Of a DNA stretch of 64,000 nt, positions 13,001 through 28,800 are shown one piece after another. This DNA comes from Eledone cirrhosa (lineage: Eukaryota), in contig OZ024743.1 in assembly GCA_964016885.1 (NCBI GenBank), positions 208,444,001 to 208,508,000 of the forward strand. Direction: 5' to 3'. Below the pieces are notes generated by a model, which was not told the origin of the DNA, did not search any database, and saw only the letters and a program-made list of their open reading frames with translations. The translations under genes were made by a program, and so were the position numbers. The stretch's first letter is position 1. Each line of letters opens with the position of its first letter.

Positions 13001-16000
13001 TATACCACAGTTTACCATCCTATAGCCACACATGAAAGCTCTTCACTCCATAAGATATACCACAGTTTACCATCCTGTAGCCACAGATGAAAGCTCTTCA
13101 CTCCATAAGATATACCACAGTTGACCATCCTATAGCTAGATGAAAGCTCTTCACTCCATAAGATATACCACAGTTTACCATCCTATAGCCACAGATGAAA
13201 GCTCTTCACTCCATAAGATATACCACAGTTTACCATCCTATAGCCACACATGAAAGCTCTTCACTCCTTAAGATATACCACAGTTTACCATCCTATAGCC
13301 ACACATGAAAGCTCTTCACTCCATAAGATATAACACAGTTTACCAACTTATAGCCACAGATGAAAGCTCTTCACTCCATAAGATATACCACAGTTTACCA
13401 CCCTATGGCCACAGATGAAAGCTCTTCACTCCATAAGATATACCACAGTTTACCATCCTATAGCCACGCCACGGATGAAAGCTCTTCACTCCATAAGATA
13501 TACCACAGTTTACCATCCTATAGCCACACATGAAAGCTCTTCACTCCATAAGATATACCACAGTTTACCATCCTATAGCCACACATGAAAGCTCTTCACT
13601 CCATAAGATATACCACAGTTTACCATCCTATAGCCACACATGAAAGCTCTTCACTCCATAAGATATACCACAGTTTACCATCCTATAGCCACACATGAAA
13701 GCTCTTCACTCCATAAGATATACCACAGTTTACCATCCTATAGCCACACATGAAAGCTCTTCACTCCATAAGATATACCACAGTTTACCATCCTATAGCC
13801 ACACATGAAAGCTCTTCACTCCATAAGATATACCACAGTTTACCATCCTATAGCCACGCCACGGATGAAAGCTCTTCACTCCATAAGATATACCACAGTT
13901 TACCATCCTATTGCCACAGATGAAAGCTCTTCACTCCATAAGATATACCACAGTTTACAATCCTATAGCCACACATGAAAGCTCTTCACTCCATAACATA
14001 TACCACAGATTACCATCCTATAGCCACACATGAAAGCTCTTCGCTCCATAAGATATACCACAGTTTACCATCCTATAGCCACACATGAAAGCTCTTCACT
14101 CCATAAGATATACCACAGTCTACCATCCTATAGCCACACATGAAAGCTCTTCACTCCATAAGATATACCAGTTTACCATCCTATAGCCACAGATGAAAGC
14201 TCTTCACTCCATAAGATATACCACAGTTTAACATTCTATAGCCACACATGAAAGCTCTTCACTCCATAAGATATACTACAGTTTACCATCCTATAGCCAC
14301 ACATGAAAGCTCTTCACTCCATAAGATATACCACAGTTTACCATCCTATAGCCACAGATGAAAGCTCTTCACTCCATAAGATATACCACAGTTTACAATC
14401 CTATAGCCACACATGAAAGATCTTCACTCCATAACATATACCACAGTTTACCATCCTATAGCCACACATGAAAGCTCTTCACTCCATAAGATATACCACA
14501 GTTTACCATCCTATAGCCACAGATGAAAGCTCTTCACTCCATAAGATATACCACAGTTTACAATCCTATAGCCACACATGAAAGCTCTTCGCTCCATAAG
14601 ATATACCACAGTTTACCATCCTATAGCCACACATGAAAGCTCTTCACTCCATAAGATATACCACAGTTTACCATCCTATAGCCACACATGAAAGCTCTTC
14701 ACTCCATAAGATATACCACAGTTTACCATCCTATAGCCACAGATGAAAGCTCTTCACTCCATAAGATATACCACAGTTTAACATCCTATAGCCACACATG
14801 AAAGCTCTTCACTCCATAAGATATACCACAGTTTACCATCCTATAGCCACACATGAAAGCTCTTCACTCCATAAGATATACCACAGTTTACCATCCTATA
14901 GCCACAGATGAAAGCTCTTCACTCCATAAGATATACCACAGTTGACCATCCTATAGCTAGATGAAAGCTCTTCACTCCATAAGATATACCACAGTTTACC
15001 ATCCTATAGCCACAGATGAAAGCTCTTCACTCCATAAGATATACCACAGTTTACCATCCTATAGCCACACATGAAAGCTCTTCACTCCATAAGATATACC
15101 ACAGTTTACCATCCTATAGCCACACATGAAAGCTCTTCACTCCATAAGATATACCACAGTTTACCATCCTATAGCCACACATGAAAACTCTTCACTCCAT
15201 AAGATATACCACAGTTTACCATCATATAGCCACAGATGAAAGCTCGTCACTCCATAAGATATACCACAGTTTACCATCCTATAGCCACACATGAAAGCTC
15301 TTCACTCCATAAGATATACCACAGTTTACCATCATATAGCCACACATGAAAGCTCTTCACTCCATAAGATATACCACAGTTTAACATCCTATAGCCACAC
15401 ATGAAAGCTATTCACTCCATAAGATATACCACAGTTTACCATCCTATAGCCACACATGAAAGCTCTTCACTCCATAAGATATACCACAGTTTACCATCCT
15501 ATAGGAAATCCTGAAAGCTCTTCACTCCATAAGATATACCACAGTTTACCATCCTATGGCCACAGATGAAAGCTCTTCACTCCATAAGATATACCAAAGT
15601 TTACCACCCTATGGCCACAGATGAAAGCTCTTCACTCCATAACATATACCACAGTTTACCATCATATAGCCACACATGAAAGCTCTTCACTCCATAAGAT
15701 ATACCACAGTTTACCATCCTATAGCCACAGATGAAAGCTCTTCACTCCATAAGATATACCACAGTTTACCATCCTATAGGCACACATGAAAGCTCTTCAC
15801 TCCATAACATATACCACAGTTTACCATCCTATAGCCACACATGAAAGCTCTTCACTCCATAAGATATACCACAGTTTACCATCCTATGGCCACAGATGAA
15901 AGCTCTTCACTCCATAAGATATACCACAGTTTACCACCCTATGGCCACAGATGAAAGCTCTTCACTCCATAAGATATACCACAGTTTACCATCCTATAGC

Positions 16001-17000
16001 CACGCCACGGATGAAAGCTCTTCACTCCATAAGATATACCACAGTTTACCATCCTATAGCCACACATGAAAGCTCTTCACTCCATAAGATATACCACAGT
16101 TTACCATCCTATAGCCACACATGAAAGCTCTTCACTCCATAAGATATACCACAGTTTACCATCCTATAGCCACACATGAAAGCTCTTCACTCCATAAGAT
16201 ATACCACAGTTTACCATCCTATGGCCACACATGAAAGCTCTTCACTCCATAAGATATACCACAGTTTACCATCCTATAGCCACACATGAAAGCTCTTCAC
16301 TCCATAAGATATACCACAGTTTACCATCCTATAGCCACACATGAAAGCTCTTCACTCCATAAGATATACCACAGTTTACCATCCTATAGCCACGCCACAC
16401 ATGAAAGCTCTTCACTCCATAAGATATACCACAGTTTACCATCCTATAGCCACACATGAAAGCTCTTCACTCCATAAGATATACCACAGTTTACCATCCT
16501 ATTGCCACAGATGAAAGCTCTTCACTCCATAAGATATACCACAGTTTACAATCCTATAGCCACACATGAAAGCTCTTCACTCCATAACATATACCACAGT
16601 TTACCATCCTATAGCCACACATGAAAGCTCTTCGCTCCATAAGATATACCACAGTTTACCATCCTATAGCCACACATGAAAGCTCTTCACTCCATAAGAT
16701 ATACCACAGTTTACCATCCTATCGCCACACATGAAAGCTCTTCACTCCATAAGATATACCACAGTTTACCATCCTATAGCCACAGATGAAAGCTCTTCAC
16801 TCCATAAGATATACCACAGTTTAACATCCTATAGCCACACATGAAATCTCTTCACTCCATAAGATATACCACAGTTTACCATTCTATAGCCACACATGAA
16901 AGCTCTTCACTCCATAAGATATACCACAGTTTACCATCCTATAGCCACAGATGAAAGCTCTTCACTCCATAAGATATACCACAGTTGACCATCCTATAGC
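10100..17000. repeat. Higher-order duplication, offset ~3974 bp (~72 monomers)
   Basis: Rare 2-bp deletion ATACCAGTTT at 10191/14165 and GGAAATCCTG at 11530/15504, both at offset 3974. The intervening variant order is shared. Confidence 0.85.
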
Positions 17001-20000
17001 TAGATGAAAGCTCTTCACTCCATAAGATATACCACAGTTTACCATCCTATAGCCACAGATGAAACCTCTTCACTCCATAAGATATACCACAGTTTACCAT
17101 CCTATAGCCACACATGAAAGCTCTTCACTCCATAAGATATACCACAGTTTACCATCCTATAGCCACACATGAAAGCTCTTCACTCCATAAGATATACCAC
17201 AGTTTACCATCCTATAGCCACACATGAAAGCTCTTCACTCCGTAAGATATACCACAGTTTACCATCCTATAGCCACAGATGAAAGCTCTTCACTCCATAA
17301 GATATACCACAGTTTACCATCCTATAGCTAGATGAAAGCTCTTCACTCCATAAGATATACCACAGTTTACCATCCTAAAGCCACAGATGAAAGCTCTTCA
17401 CTCCATAAGATATACCACAGTTTACCATCCTATAGCCACACATGAAAGCTCTTCACTCCATAAGATATACCACAGTTTACCATCCTATAGCCACACATGA
17501 AAGCTCTTCACTCCATAAGATATACCACAGTTTACCATACTATTGCCACAGATGAAAGCTCTTCACTCCATAAGATATACCACAGTTTACAATCCTATAG
17601 CCACACATGAAAGCTCTTCACTCCATAACATATACCACAGTTTACCATCCTATAGCCACACATGAAAGCTCTTCGCTCCATAAGATATACCACAGTTTAC
17701 CATCCTATAGCCACACATGAAAGCTCTTCACTCCATAAGATATACCACAGTTTACCATCCTATAGCCACACATGAAAGCTCTTCACTCCATAAGATATAC
17801 CACAGTTTACCATCCTATAGCCACAGATGAAAGCTCTTCACTCCATAAGATATACCACAGTTTAACATCCTATAGCCACACATGAAATCTCTTCACTCCA
17901 TAAGATATACCACAGTTTACCATTCTATAGCCACACATGAAAGCTCTTCACTCCATAAGATATACCACAGTTTACCATCCTATAGCCACAGATGAAAGCT
18001 CTTCACTCCATAAGATATACCACAGTTGACCATCCTATAGCTAGATGAAAGCTCTTCACTCCATAAGATATACCACAGTTTACCATCCTATAGCCACAGA
18101 TGAAACCTCTTCACTCCATAAGATATACCACAGTTTACCATCCTATAGCCACACATGAAAGCTCTTCACTCCATAAGATATACCACAGTTTACCATCCTA
18201 TAGCCACACATGAAAGCTCTTCACTCCATAAGATATACCACAGTTTACCATCCTATAGCCACACATGAAAGCTCTTCACTCCGTAAGATATACCACAGTT
18301 TACCATCCTATAGCCACAGATGAAAGCTCTTCACTCCATAAGATATACCACAGTTTACCATCCTATAGCTAGATGAAAGCTCTTCACTCCATAAGATATA
18401 CCACAGTTTACCATCCTAAAGCCACAGATGAAAGCTCTTCACTCCATAAGATATACCACAGTTTACCATCCTATAGCCACACATGAAAGCTCTTCACTCC
18501 ATAAGATATACCACAGTTTACCATCCTATAGCCACACATGAAAGCTCTTCACTCCATAAGATATACCACAGTTTACCATACTATTGCCACAGATGAAAGC
18601 TCTTCACTCCATAAGATATACCACAGTTTACAATCCTATAGCCACACATGAAAGCTCTTCACTCCATAACATATACCACAGTTTACCATCCTATAGCCAC
18701 ACATGAAAGCTCTTCGCTCCATAAGATATACCACAGTTTACCATCCTATAGCCACACATGAAAGCTCTTCACTCCATAAGATATACCACAGTTTACCACC
18801 CTATAGCCACACATGAAAGCTCTTCACTCCATAAGATATACCACAGTTTACCATCCTATAGCCACAGATGAAAACTCTTCACTCCATAAGATGTACCACA
18901 GTTTAACATCCTATAGCCACACATGAAAGCTCTTCACTCCATAAGATATACCACAGTTTACCATCCTATAGCCACACATGAAAGCTCTTCACTCCATAAG
19001 ATATACCACAGTTTACCATCCTATAGCCACACATGAAAGCTCTTCGCTCCATAAGATATAACACAATTTACCATCCTATAGCCACAGATGAAAGCTCTTC
19101 ACCCCATAAGATATACCACAGTTTACCATCCTATAGGGAAACATGAAAGCTCTTCACTCCATAAGATATACCACAGTTTACCATCCTATGGCCACAGATG
19201 AAAGCTCTTCACTCCATAAGATATACCAAAGTTTACCACCCTATGGCCACAGATGAAAGCTCTTCACTCCATAACATATACCACAGTTTACCATCATATA
19301 GCCAAACATGAAAGCTCTTCACTCCATAAGATATACCACAGTTTACCATCCTATAGTCACAGATGAAAGCTCTTCACTCCATAAGATATACCACAGTTTA
19401 CCATCCTATAGGCACACATGAAAGCTCTTCACTCCATAAGATACACCACAGTTTACCATCCTATAGCCACACATGAAAGTTCTTCACTCCATAAGATATA
19501 CCACAGTTTACCATCCTATAGCCACGCCACGGATGAAAGCTCTTCACTCCATAAGATATACCACAGTTTACCATCCTATAGCCACAGATGAAAGCTCTTC
19601 ACTCCATAAGATATACCACAGTTTACCATCCTATTGCCACAGATGAAAGCTCTTCACTCTATAAGATATACCACAGTTTACAATCCTATAGCCACACATG
19701 AAAGCTCTTCACTCCATAACATATACCACAGTTTACCATCCTATAGCCACACATGAAAGCTCTTCACTCCATAAGATATACCACAGTTTACAATCCTATA
19801 GCCACACATGAAAGCTCTTCACTCCATAACATATACCACAGATTACCATCCTATAGCCACACATGAAAGCTCTTCGCTCCATAAGATATACCACAGTTTA
19901 CCATCCTATAGCCACACATGAAAGCTCTTCACTCCATAAGATATACCACAGTCTACCATCCTATAGCCACACATGAAAGCTCTTCACTCCATAAGATATA

Positions 20001-23000
20001 CCAGTTTACCATCCTATAGCCACAGATGAAAGCTCTTCACTCCATAAGATATACCACAGTTTAACATCCTATAGCCACACATGAAAGCTCTTCACTCCAT
20101 AAGATATACTACAGTTTACCATCCTATAGCCACACATGAAAGCTCTTCACTCCATAAGATATACCACAGTTTACCATCCTATAGCCACAGATGAAAGCTC
20201 TTCACTCCATAAGATATACCACAGTTTACAATCCTATAGCCACACATGAAAGATCTTCACTCCATAACATATACCACAGTTTACCATCCTATAGCCACAC
20301 ATGAAAGCTCTTCACTCCATAAGATATACCACAGTTTACCATCCTATAGCCACAGATGAAAGCTCTTCACTCCATAAGATATACCACAGTTTACAATCCT
20401 ATAGCCACACATGAAAGCTCTTCGCTCCATAAGATATACCACAGTTTACCATCCTATAGCCACACATGAAAGCTCTTCACTCCATAAGATATACCACAGT
20501 TTACCATCCTATAGCCACACATGAAAGCTCTTCACTCCATAAGATATACCACAGTTTACCATCCTATAGCCACAGATGAAAGCTCTTCACTCCATAAGAT
20601 ATACCACAGTTTAACATCCTATAGCCACACATGAAAGCTCTTCACTCCATAAGATATACCACAGTTTACCATCCTATAGCCACACATGAAAGCTCTTCAC
20701 TCCATAAGATATACCACAGTTTACCATCCTATAGCCACAGATGAAAGCTCTTCACTCCATAAGATATACCACAGTTGACCATCCTATAGCTAGATGAAAG
20801 CTCTTCACTCCATAAGATATACCACAGTTTACCATCCTATAGCCACAGATGAAAGCTCTTCACTCCATAAGATATACCACAGTTTACCATCCTATAGCCA
20901 CACATGAAAGCTCTTCACTCCATAAGATATACCACAGTTTACCATCCTATAGCCACACATGAAAGCTCTTCACTCCATAAGATATACCACAGTTTACCAT
21001 CCTATAGCCACACATGAAAGCTCTTCACTCCATAAGATATACCACAGTTTACCATCCTATAGCCACAGATGAAAGCTCGTCACTCCATAAGATATACCAC
21101 AGTTTACCATCCTATAGCCACACATGAAAGCTCTTCACTCCATAAGATATACCACAGTTTACCATCATATAGCCACACATGAAAGCTCTTCACTCCATAA
21201 GATATACCACAGTTTACCATCCTATAGCCACACATGAAAGCTATTCACTCCATAAGATATACCACAGTTTACCATCCTATAGCCACACATGAAAGCTCTT
21301 CACTCCATAAGATATACCACAGTTTACCATCCTATAGGAAATCCTGAAAGCTCTTCACTCCATAAGATATACCACAGTTTACCATCCTATGGCCACAGAT
21401 GAAAGCTCTTCACTCCATAAGATATACCAAAGTTTACCACCCTATGGCCACAGATGAAAGCTCTTCACTCCATAACATATACCACAGTTTACCATCATAT
21501 AGCCACACATGAAAGCTCTTCACTCCATAAGATATACCACAGTTTACCATCCTATAGCCACAGATGAAAGCTCTTCACTCCATAAGATATACCACAGTTT
21601 ACCATCCTATAGGCACACATGAAAGCTCTTCACTCCATAACATATACCACAGTTTACCATCCTATAGCCACACATGAAAGCTCTTCACTCCATAAGATAT
21701 ACCACAGTTTACCATCCTATGGCCACAGATGAAAGCTCTTCACTCCATAAGATATACCACAGTTTACCACCCTATGGCCACAGATGAAAGCTCTTCACTC
21801 CATAAGATATACCACAGTTTACCATCCTATAGCCACGCCACGGATGAAAGCTCTTCACTCCATAAGATATACCACAGTTTACCATCCTATAGCCACACAT
21901 GAAAGCTCTTCACTCCATAAGATATACCACAGTTTACCATCCTATAGCCACACATGAAAGCTCTTCACTCCATAAGATATACCACAGTTTACCATCCTAT
22001 AGCCACACATGAAAGCTCTTCACTCCATAAGATATACCACAGTTTACCATCCTATGGCCACACATGAAAGCTCTTCACTCCATAAGATATACCACAGTTT
22101 ACCATCCTATAGCCACACATGAAAGCTCTTCACTCCATAAGATATACCACAGTTTACCATCCTATAGCCACACATGAAAGCTCTTCACTCCATAAGATAT
22201 ACCACAGTTTACCATCCTATAGCCACGCCACACATGAAAGCTCTTCACTCCATAAGATATACCACAGTTTACCATCCTATAGCCACACATGAAAGCTCTT
22301 CACTCCATAAGATATACCACAGTTTACCATCCTATTGCCACAGATGAAAGCTCTTAACTCCATAAGATATACCACAGTTTACAATCCTATAGCCACACAT
22401 GAAAGCTCTTCACTCCATAACATATACCACAGTTTACCATCCTATAGCCACACATGAAAGCTCTTCGCTCCATAAGATATACCACAGTTTACCATCCTAT
22501 AGCCACACATGAAAGCTCTTCACTCCATAAGATATACCACAGTTTACCATCCTATAGCCACACATGAAAGCTCTTCACTCCATAAGATATACCACAGTTT
22601 ACCATCCTATAGCCACAGATGAAAGCTCTTCACTCCATAAGATATACCACAGTTTAACATCCTATAGCCACACATGAAATCTCTTCACTCCATAAGATAT
22701 ACCACAGTTTACCATTCTATAGCCACACATGAAAGCTCTTCACTCCATAAGATATACCACAGTTTACCATCCTATAGCCACAGATGAAAGCTCTTCACTC
22801 CATAAGATATACCACAGTTGACCATCCTATAGCTAGATGAAAGCTCTTCACTCCATAAGATATACCACAGTTTACCATCCTATAGCCACAGATGAAACCT
22901 CTTCACTCCATAAGATATACCACAGTTTACCATCCTATAGCCACACATGAAAGCTCTTCACTCCATAACATATACCACAGTTTACCATCCTATAGCCACA

Positions 23001-24560
23001 CATGAAAGCTCTTCACTCCATAAGATATACCACAGTTTACCATCCTATAGCCACACATGAAAGCTCTTCACTCCGTAAGATATACCACAGTTTACCATCC
23101 TATAGCCACAGATGAAAGCTCTTCACTCCATAAGATATACCACAGTTTACCATCCTATAGCTAGATGAAAGCTCTTCACTCCATAAGATATACCACAGTT
23201 TACCATCCTATAGCCACAGATGAAAGCTCTTCACTCCATAAGATATACCACAGTTTACCATCCTATAGCCACACATGAAAGCTCTTCACTCCATAAGATA
23301 TACCACAGTTTACCATCCTATAGCCACACATGAAAGCTCTTCACTCCATAAGATATACCACAGTTTACCATACTATTGCCACAGATGAAAGCTCTTCACT
23401 CCATAAGATATACCACAGTTTACAATCCTATAGCCACACATGAAAGCTCTTCACTCCATAACATATACCACAGTTTACCATCCTATAGCCACACATGAAA
23501 GCTCTTCGCTCCATAAGATATACCACAGTTTACCATCCTATAGCCACACATGAAAGCTCTTCACTCCATAAGATATACCACAGTTTACCACCCTATAGCC
23601 ACACATGAAAGCTCTTCACTCCATAAGATATACCACAGTTTACCATCCTATAGCCACAGATGAAAACTCTTCACTCCATAAGATGTACCACAGTTTAACA
23701 TCCTATAGCCACACATGAAAGCTCTTCACTCCATAAGATATACCACAGTTTACCATCCTATAGCCACACATGAAAGCTCTTCACTCCATAAGATATACCA
23801 CAGTTTACCATCCTATAGCCACACATGAAAGCTCTTCGCTCCATAAGATATAACACAATTTACCATCCTATAGCCACAGATGAAAGCTCTTCACCCCATA
23901 GGATATACCACAGTTTACCATCCTATAGGGAAACATGAAAGCTCTTCACTCCATAAGATATACCACAGTTTACCATCCTATGGCCACAGATGAAAGCTCT
24001 TCACTCCATAAGATATACCAAAGTTTACCACCCTATGGCCACAGATGAAAGCTCTTCACTCCATAACATATACCACAGTTTACCATCATATAGCCAAACA
24101 TGAAAGCTCTTCACTCCATAAGATATACCACAGTTTACCATCCTATAGTCACAGATGAAAGCTCTTCACTCCATAAGATATACCACAGTTTACCATCCTA
24201 TAGGCACACATGAAAGCTCTTCACTCCATAAGATACACCACAGTTTACCATCCTATAGCCACACATGAAAGTTCTTCACTCCATAAGATATACCACAGTT
24301 TACCATCCTATAGCCACGCCACGGATGAAAGCTCTTCACTCCATAAGATATACCACAGTTTACCATCCTATAGCCACAGATGAAAGCTCTTCACTCCATA
24401 AGATATACCACAGTTTACCATCCTATTGCCACAGATGAAAGCTCTTCACTCCATAAGATATACCACAGTTTACAATCCTATAGCCACACATGAAAGCTCT
24501 TCACTCCATAACATATACCACAGTTTACCATCCTATAGCCACACATGAAAGCTCTTCACT
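13930..24560. repeat. Tandem duplication of a ~4.8-5.8 kb block: ~13930-19760 and ~19760-24560
   Basis: Offset 5833 for ATACCAGTTT (14165/19998) and GGAAATCCTG (15504/21337). The offset drops to 4792 (GGGAAACATG 19136/23928) after the 1041-bp duplication that is present only in the first copy. Confidence 0.9.
16500..18590. repeat. Near-perfect 1041-bp (19-monomer) tandem duplication
   Basis: GAAACCTC 17061/18102, CCTAAAG 17374/18415, CATACTATTG 17537/18578. 1041 = 19x55 - 4. Confidence 0.92.
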
Positions 24561-25809
24561 CCATAAGATATACCACAGTTTACCATCCTATAGCCACACA
24601 TGAAAGCTCTTCACTCCATAAGATATACCACAGTTTACCATCCTATAGCCACACATGAAAGCTTTTCACTCCATAAGATATACCACAGTTTACCATCCTA
24701 TAGCCACACATGAAAGCTCTTCACTCCATAAGATATACCACAGTTTACCATCCTATAGCTAGATGAAAGCTCTTCACTCCATAAGATATACCACAGTTTA
24801 CCATCCTATCGCCACACATGAAAGCTCTTCACTCCATAAGATATAACACAGTTTACCATCCTATAGACACAGATGAAAGCTCTTCACTCCATAAGATATA
24901 CCACAGTTTACCATCCTATAGCCACACATGAAAGCTCTTCACTCCATAAGATATACCACAGTTTACCATCCTATAGCCACAGATGAAAGCTCTTCACTCC
25001 ATAAGATATACCACAGTTTACGATCCTATAGCTAGATGAAAGCTCTTCACTCCATAAGATATACCACAGTTTACCATCCTATAGCCACAGACGAAAGCTC
25101 TTCACTCCATAAGATATACCACAGTTTACCATCCTATAGCCACACATGAAAGCTCTTCACTCCATAAGATATACCACAGTTTACCATTATATAGCCACAC
25201 ATGAAAGCTCTTCACTCCATAAGATATACCACAGTTTACCATCCTATAGCCACACATGAAAGCTCTTCACTCCATAAGATATACCACAGTTTACCATCCT
25301 ATAGCTAGATGAAAGCTCTTCACTCCATAAGATATACCACAGTTTACCATCCTATCGCCACAGATGAAAGCTCTTCACTCCATAAGTTATACCACAGTTT
25401 ACCATCCTATAGCCACACATGAAAGCTCTTCACTCCATAAGATATACCACAGTTTACCATCCCATAGCCACACATGAAAGCTCTTCACTCCATAAGATAT
25501 AACACAGTTTACCATCCTATAGCCACACATGAAAGCTCTTCACTCCATAAGATATACCACAGTTTACCATCCTATAGGCACAGATGAAAGCTCTTCACTC
25601 CATAAGATATACCACAGTTTACCATCCTATAGCCACACATGAAAGCTCTTCACTCCATAAGATATACCACAGTTTACCATCCTATGGCCACACATGAAAG
25701 CTCTTCACTCCATAAGATATACCACAGTTTACCATTCTATGGCCACAGATGAAAGCTCTTCACTCCATAAGATATACCACAGTTTACCATCCTATAGCCA
25801 CAGATGAAA

Positions 25810-28800
25810 GCTCTTCACTCCATAAGATATACCACAGTTTACCGTCCTATAGCCACACATGAAAGCTCTTCACTCCATAACATATACCACAGTTTACCAT
25901 CCTATAGCCACATATGAAAGCTCTTCACTCCATGAGATATACCAAGGTTTACAATCCTATAGCCACACATGAAAGCTCTTCACTCCATAACATATACCAC
26001 AGTTTACCATCCTATAGCCACACATGAAAGCTCTTCACTCCATAAGATATACCACAGTTTACCATCCTATAGCCACAGATGAAAGCTCTTCACTCCATAA
26101 GATATACCACAGTTTACCATCCTATAGCCACACATGAAAGCTCTTCACTCCATAAGATATACCACAGTTTACCATCCTATAGCCACACATGAAAGCTCTT
26201 CACTCCATAAGATATACCACAGTTTACCATCCTATAGCCACACATGAAAGCTCTTCACTCCATAAGATATACCACAGTTTACCATCCTATAGCCACAGAT
26301 GAAAGCTCTTCACTCCATAAGATATACCACAGTTTACCATCCTATAGCTAGATGAAAGCTCTTCACTCCATAAGATATACCACAGTTTACCATCCTCTAG
26401 CCACAGATGAAAGCTCTTCACTCCATAAGATATACCACAGTTTACCATCCTATAGCCACACATGAAAGCTCTTCACTCCATAAGATATAACACAGTTTAC
26501 CATCTTATAGCCACAGATGAAAGCTCTTCACTCCATAAGATATACCACAGTTTACCATCCTATAGCCACACATGAAAGCTCTTCACTCCATAAGATATAC
26601 AACAGTTTACCATCCTATAGTCACACATGAAAGCTCTTCACTCCGTAAGATATACCACAGTTTACCATCCTATAGCCACAGATGAAAGCTCTTCACTCCA
26701 TAAGATATACCACAGTTTACCATCCTATAGCCACACATGAAAGCTCTTCACTCCATAAGATATACCACAGTTTACCATCCTATAGCCACAGATGAAAGCT
26801 CTTCACTCCATAAGATATACCACAGTTTACCATCCTATAGCCACACATGAAAGCTCTTCACTCCATAAGATATACCACAGTTTAGCATCCTATAGCCACA
26901 CATGAAAGCTCTTCACTCCATAAGATATACCACAGTTTACCATCCTATTGCCACAGATGAAAGCTCTTCACTCCATAAGATATACCACAGTTTACAATCC
27001 TATAGCCACACATGAAAGCTCTTCACTCCATAACATATACCACAGTTTACCATCCTATAGCCACACATGAAAGCTCTTCGCTCCATAAGATATACCACAG
27101 TTTACCATCCTATAGCCACACATGAAAGCTCTTCACTCCATAAGATATACCACAGTTTACCACCCTATAGCCACACATGAAAGCTCTTCACTCCATAAGA
27201 TATACCACAGTTTACCATCCTATAGCCACAGATGAAAGCTCTTCACTCCATAAGATATACCACAGTTTAACATCCTATAGCCACACATGAAAGCTCTTCA
27301 CTCCATAAGATATACCACAGTTTACCATCCTATAGCCACACATGAAAGCTCTTAACTCCATAAGATATACCACAGTTTACCATCCTATAGCCACACATGA
27401 AAGCTCTTCGCTCCATAAGATATAACACAGTTTACCATCCTATAGCCACAGATGAAAGCTCTTCACCCCATAAGATATACCACAGTTTACCATCCTATAG
27501 GGAAACATGAAAGCTCTTCACTCCATAAGATATACCACAGTTTACCATCCTATGGCCACAGATGAAAGCTCTTCACTCCATAAGATATACCAAAGTTTAC
27601 CACCCTATGGCCACAGATGAAAGCTCTTCACTCCATAACATATACCACAGTTTACCATCATATAGCCAAACATGAAAGCTCTTCACTCCATAAGATATAC
27701 CACAGTTTACCATCCTATAGTCACAGATGAAAGCTCTTCACTCCATAAGATATACCACAGTTTACCATCCTATAGGCACACATGAAAGCTCTTCACTCCA
27801 TAAGATATACCACAGTTTACCATCCTATAGCCACACATGAAAGTTCTTCACTCCATAAGATATACCACAGTTTACCATCCTATAGCCACGCAACGGATGA
27901 AAGCTCTTCACTCCATAAGATATACCACAGTTTACCATCCTATAGCCACAGATGAAAGCTCTTCACTCCATAAGATATACCACAGTTTACCATCCTATTG
28001 CCACAGATGAAAGCTCTTCACTCCATAAGATATACCACAGTTTACAATCCTATAGCCACACATGAAAGCTCTTCACTCCATAACATATACCACAGTTTAC
28101 CATCCTATAGCCACACATGAAAGCTCTTCACTCCATAAGATATACCACAGTTTACCATCCTATAGCCACACATGAAAGCTCTTCACTCCATAAGATATAA
28201 CACAGTTTAACATCCTATAGCCACACATGAAAGCTCTTCACTCCATAAGATATACCACAGTTTACCATCCTATAGCCACAGATGAAAGCTCTTCACTCCA
28301 TAAGATATACCACAGTTTACTATCCTATAGCCACACATGAAAGCTCTTCACTCCATAAGATATACCACAGTTTACCATCCTATAGCCACACATGAAAGCT
28401 TTTCACTCCATAAGATATACCACAGTTTACCATCCTATAGCCACACATGAAAGCTCTTCACTCCATAAGATATACCACAGTTTACCATCCTATCGCCACA
28501 CATGAAAGCTCTTCACTCCATAAGATATAACACAGTTTACCATCCTATAGCCACAGATGAAAGCTCTTCACTCCATAAGATATACCACAGTTTACCATCC
28601 TATAGCCACACATGAAAGCTCTTCACTCCATAAGATATACCACAGTTTACCATCCTATAGCCACAGATGAAAGCTCTTCACTCCATAAGATATACCACAG
28701 TTTACGATCCTATAGCTAGATGAAAGCTCTTCACTCCATAAGATATACCACAGTTTACCATCCTATAGCCACAGACGAAAGCTCTTCACTCCATAAGATA

